Positions 56,601-64,000 of a stretch of DNA of 64,000 bases are shown here, one piece after another (the first letter of the stretch is position 1; the number at the start of each line of letters is the position of its first letter). Under the pieces are notes generated by a model, which worked only from the letters and a program-made list of their open reading frames with translations, searched no databases and was not told where the DNA came from. The position numbers and the translations under genes are program-made. The stretch lies in NCBI GenBank assembly GCA_964188305.1, contig OZ076899.1, one strand, 5' to 3'. Source of the DNA: Podarcis bocagei. Lineage: Eukaryota.

Positions 56601-59600
56601 TAAGACTATATTTCCCCCCCAAAAAAATTAGTTTAAAATTGGGGGGGGGGGGTTGCGTCTTATACATAGAATGTTGTGATTATTTATTTCTTAATTTAGG
56701 CTTAAAATCGTCTTATACATGGGGGCGTCTTATACACGGAAAAATACGGTAACTGTGTGGCCATCTTTTATTTTACTCAGTACATCACTTTTGCCATCAA
56801 GGCAAAATCCCATTCATTTTCTGGCCACTTGTTCTGCTGTTAGTGATATTCTCCATTTCTTTGCTTAAAAACATTCTTGCTTCAATTCACAAATGGGACT
56901 AATTCCTCGTGCTCTGTCTCACTGAGGCTTCAACACAATTTAGTAAGGACGGACAAGACCTAGAGAGGTTTCATATAGACTGTAAAATGCTTTATCTGCT
57001 TCCACTTTTTAATAATAGCATTAATAATAACCACCTCCCTTCTCCTGTTGACACTTTTTGTATTTTCCTTCCCAGTTATACTTAAGAAAATCAGTAGGGT
57101 TCCCAAGATTTTCACTGGAATGATTTTACCTATATTCTGCAGCTATTTAACTAAATTTTATGGGTGATTCGCAAGTCATAAGAGGCCAATTTAAATCAAG
57201 AGGCTCCAGTAGAGTGATTTCAATGGGTCTACTATTGAATATGACACTGAGACACTGGATATCACTCTGCATCGTAATAAAGGGTTATTTTACCTAATTT
57301 CCCCAAATCAGCTAATTTCCTCAGAGCAATCCTCACCCAATCTGGGTAAGGCACAGGAGAGTGTGATGGGCAGCATAGCCACTGCTCCATCAGTTGCACA
57401 TGTCAACCAGGACAGATGTGGGGACAAACAAACCCTTGCTCCACTCTACAGTCCACCCTGGGACTGCTGACAGCAGTGGAGCCAGTTCAGTCCTCCCTCT
57501 CCAAAACACCCCATTTGGCAGGCAGCATGAGAAATTCAGTGGTGCTGGAGGAGTGCTGCTGAGGCCACTCTGAACAGCAGGAGGAGATTTCTGCCCTATC
57601 CACCCATGCTACCCACCCCCAATATGGCAGATGAGGGGGCTCGGGTCGCAGCCTCATTTCTTGATTCACTATCTACATAATTTATTACCCATTTTACGTT
57701 AAGACACTCAAGCCAAAGGGGGGGGGGAGGTTTGTTGGATTCAAATTTCTCCTAATTTCTGAATGATCAATAGTCCTGCCTTGATTGATTAAATCTATGT
57801 ATCAGAAAAATCCCCGTCTCCAAATTTTAAAGCCTCTATCTCTTTCACAAATTTCACCAGCGATCCCATATTTTTAACCAGCTGGAAACTAGAACATTTC
57901 CTTTTACTTGCTTTGTTTCATTATCTCCTCACAGTACATCCATGTATCACTCTTTAACCCTCCACTTGCATGCAGAAATTCTGCGAGAGAGGGAGGAAGC
58001 TGGGAAGGAGCTCTGCTTTCAGCTCAGTATCTGCTCTCACCCTCTGGTCATGTGAACTTTACAAGTGAAAGTGAGGGTGACAGAGGAGCCAAGGATTAGA
58101 CCAGAGCAAGAACTACAGGCCTATTTCTCCCTTGAAGGATGCAAAGGTATTGAAAAGACCTTTATAGATCAAGATGGGCACTCCTACTGCGACTGCTGAG
58201 ATGGATGGAGAAGGATGTGAGGCACTCACAAGGGCAAACTGCCCTTCAGGATCTTCCCTGGCATCAGTATCAAAGCCTGCACTTACATTTCCATAGCAAT
58301 CCTCATCATCTTCTGACATTGCGGGCAAATATGCAGTGAGCTTGGGTGGTGTCTGAAGATGCAGATTCTCCCAGGTGATGGAGTCGAAAAAGGAGTGGGC
58401 CTTCAAGGGCTCATATCCTCCCATTTCTTCACAGCCTAACCTCTTGGTAGCATCTTGGACCTGGTTAAGTGAAGACACAGTTACATTTTCCCTGGAAAGA
58501 CTCAGGGGGCGTCTCTGGCTCCACTCCCTGTCATTTCAGATCTTGGTGACTCATGTCAGTCCACCTCTGTGGACAATCTGTTAATGTGGGACCTTTGATG
58601 TACCTAGTAAAAGCGAGACTCCAGGAAGGAGGAGGACAATTGAGATTTCTTCTCCAAGTACCCCTTCATGGTGATTCACAAGGGGCTTTTGCAATAACCC
58701 GTGAAACAAAGGCTTGTATAGGTTTAACTAGTGTAAAGCAATGGGATAGACATCCTCTCAAGGAACTGGTCATGAAGTCAACTTGCTTTCTGGAGCAAGT
58801 GGGAGGCAAGTGGCTAATTAAAAGAGAAAAGAGGTGGAAGGAGACAGGCAGGAAGGAAAGGAATGCTGGTTGCTGGCTTTGAGGCTGACATCTGTATCAT
58901 ATGGTACTTGTGGTGCTAAAATCTTGAACACCAACTGACTGAAAAGTTCCAGCTAGTTTGGGAACCAAGCTAACAGTCTAGTTCCATGAAGAGAGGGAAA
59001 GTAGGGGGGGGGGGCTTAGCTGGAAATTAATACCTCAATACAAGGTATAGAGGAGTCTATCTGTGGGTCGGGGTGAGGCTAGGAAGCGAAAGGGCAGAAA
59101 ACCCCATGGGAAGGCGGTGGGGACTAAGAAACAAGGCCCTGAAGATGCTTTGTGGAAAAGCAGGAGAGACAGGGAACAAGTCAAAGGGGCAACAGTTGGT
59201 GGGCGGGACTCTGAAGCCTAGAGGGCCAAAACACCGGCTGGGGTAGAACAGCAGCAATGAGTACCACATTTTGTGCAAGTTATCTGACTGGAGGCTTCTA
59301 GCATGGACTGGAAACTTTTGACAATACAATTCATTTACCAAAAGCTTTTCTACGAGATCTTTTGCCTTCGGAAAGAACTTCTCTGGGAATTCATACTCCA
59401 ATTTGATTATCTTCTGGAATATGAGATATTCATTTCTGCAAAAAGGATGGTGAAAAGTATAGTTACATCTATGCAAACATTTCCTATAAGTCTACTTCAA
59501 GGTTGAAACTATACCACCCTATGGGTACACGGGCAAACACTAACTTGGTGGGAAGTCTGGCATTGGTGTGCTCCAAAATCTTACCCGGCTCTGAATGGTG

Positions 59601-62600
59601 GTAATCCTGCTACAAGCTGGTATACGATGCAGCCAAGAGCCCACAGATCCGAACTTCATCATCAAGACAGGCAAAAAGATGAGAAGGCAAATCAGAAGAG
59701 TTAGCACTGTAGGCATATCCAATGTCACCATCTCCTAGTTCAGGCACCCACAACAAAAGCATACAACATATTCCCTTTCAGGCAGAGCTGCAAATTCCCC
59801 TGGAGTATCAGACTCTAATTTACTCGGAATGCCTGGTAAAGGCACCTTGAAGAAAAGGTGTTTATCCCTGGGCGTTTCCCAAGGATCTGATGCAGAAGCT
59901 GCCACTGTGCACTTCCTGAACCAGATCTATGTATTTCCTCATCCTGAGTTAGGCTCCCACAGGAAGGACGGAAACAGCAGAAGAGACTTCAGCAAGGTCC
60001 CAATAGGGCTGAGCGATATCAGCTTTTCAATAACGCAGTGTATCGCCAGCCAAACATCGCAGTTTGGTGACATACTGCGATGCTGAAGAAACAAGATGCA
60101 TTGGCCTCTCCCTGAAAAACACTGGGTGAAACTGCCCCAGCTCTCACCTCAAGTGCTGAGGCAGTTTCACCGAGACTCGTGGGTTAGGACAATGCAACTT
60201 GTTTGCACTGGGCTGGGGGCTCTTTTAACTGCTCAACTAAGGAAAGGATAGCTGCACACTCCTCAGCCAAGCAGCTGAAAGATGCATAGGGAGGAAACAG
60301 CTATATCGGCACCTCGCCAATAGAGCTTGTTTCTCACTCTCGGTTGTATAAGGGCTGTATTGGGACCTAGGCCTGGGTGATATATTGATATATTGCCCGG
60401 GACTAGTATGAGGAACAGACCGCGATGTTGGCTTCACTCAGCGGTATATCGCTGGTGAAACCGCCACTGCTCCCGAGTCCCTGTGTTAGCAGTGCCTGCT
60501 GGAGGAAGGACCAGTCCTGGGCAATATACAGCCCTTTGAAGAAGATCCCAAGCTAAATAGGTGCTTAAAAAAATAGAAATAAATTAAATGGTCCACACAG
60601 AGCTTTCTTGTTCTCTGTCTTGTTTAATGTACAAACCAAGTAAAGCGGCAAGAGATTGCAGCAAGAAAACATGATGGCTATGCTTAGAATGTCTTGTCTT
60701 ATGTTTTGCTGGTATGTTATGTTAAATCCAAGGGCTAATGAACTATTCATGTTACATAAAAATAGACAAAAGCAATCCTAAGAGCCATTGTCATGCTGTT
60801 TAAAATTTTTCACTGTTGATTATGCAGGAGGCACTGAGGCACAAGAATGGGGTACACCCTAATGGAAATAGGCCTCACCCATTTGCCTTGAAGATCTCTC
60901 TCTCTGTCATAAAACTCCTCTACAAAGGCAATGTATGTAACTCACCTTTTGCAGGCAGACTTCTCTGTTAACAGCTCTGGAGACACATACTGTGCTGTCC
61001 CAACAAAGGAGTTCGCCCGTGCTGAAGAAACCAAGATGCAAGTAAGCATTTAATCATTAAAAATGTCCTTACAAGGTCCTCATGAAGGCTTGGATGTGTT
61101 CATTTGGAAACAATGCTTTCACTTTTGTTGTGCAATTCAAATTTCATCAGCTTTTATTTAACTATATTTGTAGGCATCCAATATTACATAATGACTATTG
61201 TTTTTCAAACACTCCCCGCCCCCTCAACACTAAGCATTACTAAGCAGTATTTCACCCTATGGGCACCCCACTATCACCTGATTTCAGCTGCCCCATTTTA
61301 GTAACCCCGCAGGTTTCCTCTCTGATGTCATCTCCTGCAGTATAGCCATCTTACCTTTACTCAGTAAAGAACCGTCATAAAGCCCATTGAGACGTAGCAT
61401 TGGATACTGTGGTCAGTTTTAAGGAATTTGAAACTGCAGAAGGTTGCTTTAGTCGTTGACAGGTTGAGAAATTGCACCCACCTCGCTTGCTGTCTGCAGA
61501 CAATACTTTTGCTGTCCCAAAGTCTGTAATCTGAATGTGCATGTCTCCGCTGAGCAAAATGTTCTCTGGCTTCAGGTCCCTGCAAAAGGCACAGCTGGGA
61601 ATGAGCCATACATGCATAGAGTCATGTCCTCACCAAGAATTTGTGTCCCCTGGGGAAATCCCGAGTTGTCAATGTAATGCCCTAACCATGGAAAGCTGAT
61701 TCTCCCCCAGGCTTCTAAAGTAACAGCAGCTATCTAGGAAATTAAGCCTGTCCTTTGGCCTTTACTGTCTCTGCCTGTTCTGGTAGGTTTGAAGTAGATT
61801 CCTACCTGCTCCTCTGCCTGGTATTGGGAGCTGCTTCCCAAATGAGTAGGAGGGGACTAGGCAGCAGGGGGACATGGAGCAAATCTGAATGTTAGATGAT
61901 GCTGAGTTCTTCTCTTCTGCCTTCTGCTGCAGGCAGGCAAAGAGTATGGAAGAGGCGCTACATTTACTCTGCTAGCGACCTGGCAGAATGGGACGTCCCT
62001 CTCCTCTACAAAAACAAAAACCAAGGCAAAAGGCGACAGAGAGAGAGAGAGATTTCAACTGTCCAAAATCCCCATCTGGATACTTTGTACTCCAAGGCAG
62101 CCAATGCATTGTGCCAAATTAACTAGGCTGGTGTCGCCACAGGTGAGGAATGCAGGAAAGCCAGGAAGTCTCAACAAAGGTACGTAAGACACTGCTTGCT
62201 TGCTATGGGAACTTTTGAGTTTTGAGCCACCAGGAGAAATCTATCAGGAGGGCAACAAACGGTAACTATGACAACAGCAACAAGAACCAAGAATAGATGG
62301 ATTTGAATTCATTACATTACCTGTGAATGATTCCCTTTCCGTGCAAGTACTCTAATGCAGACACAATTTCAGCAGTATAAAACCTAGTACATGTCTCATC
62401 AAATGAGCCAATCTTCCGGATGTATTTTAGAAGCTCTCCATTTTTGGCATAGCTAAGACCAAAATCTGAATACCAAGTTAAGGATAATTTATACTAAAAC
62501 ACAAAGGCAGATAATCTGGGGCAATGTTAGAAGGGATAGGTGGCGATATGCTTGGAAAAAGAAGGCTGGACTCTGCACACAGCCAAAGATTTACAGTATT

Positions 62601-63809
62601 GGCCCGAATATAAGCCGCCCTTTCCCCCCAATTTCGGACCCTGAAAAGTTAAAATGCAGCTTATATTGGTGATTTTTTTTTTAACCTTATGCTGCTGAAA
62701 GCAGCTGGGGAGCGTATGTTTGGCGGGGGGGGGAGTGGTGCGCCTCCCAGCTAGTTGGCGGCGTGCACTCCCTAGCTGTTTGAGGGGGGGGAAGCAGCAC
62801 GCCCACTTCCCAGCTGGTTGGCGGTGAGGGTGGAGCATTCGCACCACCAACCATCAGGGAGGCGGGCACGCCGCTCCCCCGCCCCCTGCCAAGCAGCTAG
62901 GGAGCATGTGCAGCCTCCCAGCTGGTTGGCGGTGCACACACTCACTAGCTGGTTAGCCTGTGCACGCTCCCCCCCCCCCCCGCCAAGCAGCTATGGAGCA
63001 CGCATACCGCCAACCAGCTACACAAGCCGGTGCTGGCGCTCGGCTCCGAGCACGCTCCGTGCCTGCCTTCTGGCACTACTGCCCTGAACAGGGGGCGGCT
63101 GGCACCAGCACCTGCAAATAAACTTTGAATTTTAAGTGTGCAGCTTATATTTGGGCCAATACGGTACAGTGGTTAACTTAGTCTCCAACCATTTTGGGAC
63201 AAGGGGCACATTTGGAGATAAAAGAAACTTATGGACACCACAAAATACACATTCCACAGAAGAAAAACTGGTGGTATTCAGAAACAGCCCCATACACCTA
63301 AAAGGCAAAGCACAGACACCTAGAGACAAATAAAACACAGTAAAAACAACAACAAACTTCCTCCCACCACAAAACTAGGCAATCTCATCAAACAAAAAAT
63401 ATCTAAATATAAATTAAAAAATAAAAAGTGGGAGAGGGGGGCTGAGTGGGGTGCCTTAAGGCACTGTCATACCCATGGGGGGGGGCAAGACTCGTCCTCT
63501 GCCAGGTTTACAAGATTTAAGATTTTTCACATTTGTATCCTGCCTAAGAATTCTGGTACAACTATTCTGAAAACATCACTGGGTTAGCAAATGAAAAAAC
63601 ATGGTTCTTTTTCCCCCACACACATTATTCCAACAAATATCACCATGAAACATTTCCATCCAGAAGGATACAGAGCTTCTCATCATCCTGAAAGGTGAAG
63701 TAGAGATTGACAAAGAAAGGGTGATCCAGGCAAGACATGATATCTTTCTCCCTATTCACGCACGGCACCTTGCCCTCTTTTATGATGTGGCGCTTCTCCA
63801 GAATTTTAA
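53686..63809 (-). CDS. PDPK1: 3-phosphoinositide-dependent protein kinase 1, exons 4-14 (5' part outside window)
   Basis: Exons (minus) 63809-63672, 62465-62321, 61579-61482, 61021-60946, 59653-59585, 59435-59339, 58460-58287, 56232-56009, 55531-55474, 54424-54272, 53793-53686. HRDLKPEN, DFGTAK, activation loop [17 protein letters not shown] domain [24 protein letters not shown]. Confidence 0.97.
55201..55425. mobile_element. Tigger/pogo-like MITE
   Basis: TA-CAGTGGTACCTCAGGTTA...TAACCTGAGGTACCACTG-TA. Confidence 0.85.
56584..56749. mobile_element. Tc2/pogo-like MITE
   Basis: TA-CTGTATTTTTGTGTGTATAAGAC ... GTCTTATACACGGAAAAATACGG-TA. Confidence 0.75.
60004..60536. mobile_element. Possible hAT-like MITE
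   Basis: TAGGGCTG...CAGCCCT termini with CGATAT-type subterminal repeats; TSD not evident. Confidence 0.35.
62466..63671 (-). other. U12-type (minor spliceosome) GT-AG intron of PDPK1
   Basis: 5' site GTATCCTT at 63671 and branch site TCCTTAAC a short distance before the AG at 62466, with no polypyrimidine tract. Confidence 0.92.
62594..63164. mobile_element. Tc2/pogo-like non-autonomous element with internally repetitive GC-rich interior
   Basis: TA-CAGTATTGGCCCGAATATAAGCCGC ... GCAGCTTATATTTGGGCCAATACGG-TA. Confidence 0.85.
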
Positions 63810-64000
63810 CTTTTAAAAAGACAAATAAGTTACAACACACTTGGGAAATACACAGTGAAGCTGCAAACTCATCTGCTCTGCTTGACTATGAAGCTACACT
63901 TAGAGAGCAGCTTCCCACAAAAGCAGCAGCAGGCGTAACCTAGACTTCCTTTGGCTCCATTATGAGGACAGGACATCATCCATCTAAAATCCACACCCTA

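Overview
Vertebrate (squamate, probably lacertid lizard, judging from the SINE repertoire) gene-dense genomic DNA with six spliced genes. These are the 3' part of IQGAP1 (+), complete GNPTG (-) head-to-head with TSR3 (+), complete UBE2I (-), complete KCTD5 (-), and exons 4-14 of PDPK1 (-). All exons were located by eye from GT-AG boundaries and phase. The most striking feature is a pair of sister non-autonomous hAT elements in one IQGAP1 intron that carry captured host DNA (Pack-TIR-like). One carries a CRE/GC-box promoter-like fragment. The other carries a deleted version of that cargo plus the upstream region, start codon and a partial SIX domain of SIX5, still in an open frame. Other notable points: an IQGAP1/GNPTG synteny junction with interlocking poly(A) signals; no BAIAP3 between TSR3 and UBE2I; a candidate NMD-escaping KCTD5 cassette exon giving an acidic C-terminus; a TSR3 stop codon and poly(A) signal inside a palindromic MITE; a possibly exonised TSR3 intron 1; a U12 intron in PDPK1; and an unusually divergent PDPK1 exon 4 (helix C / PIF pocket). 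Ortholog comparisons are from memory of the human proteins, not from a database search.
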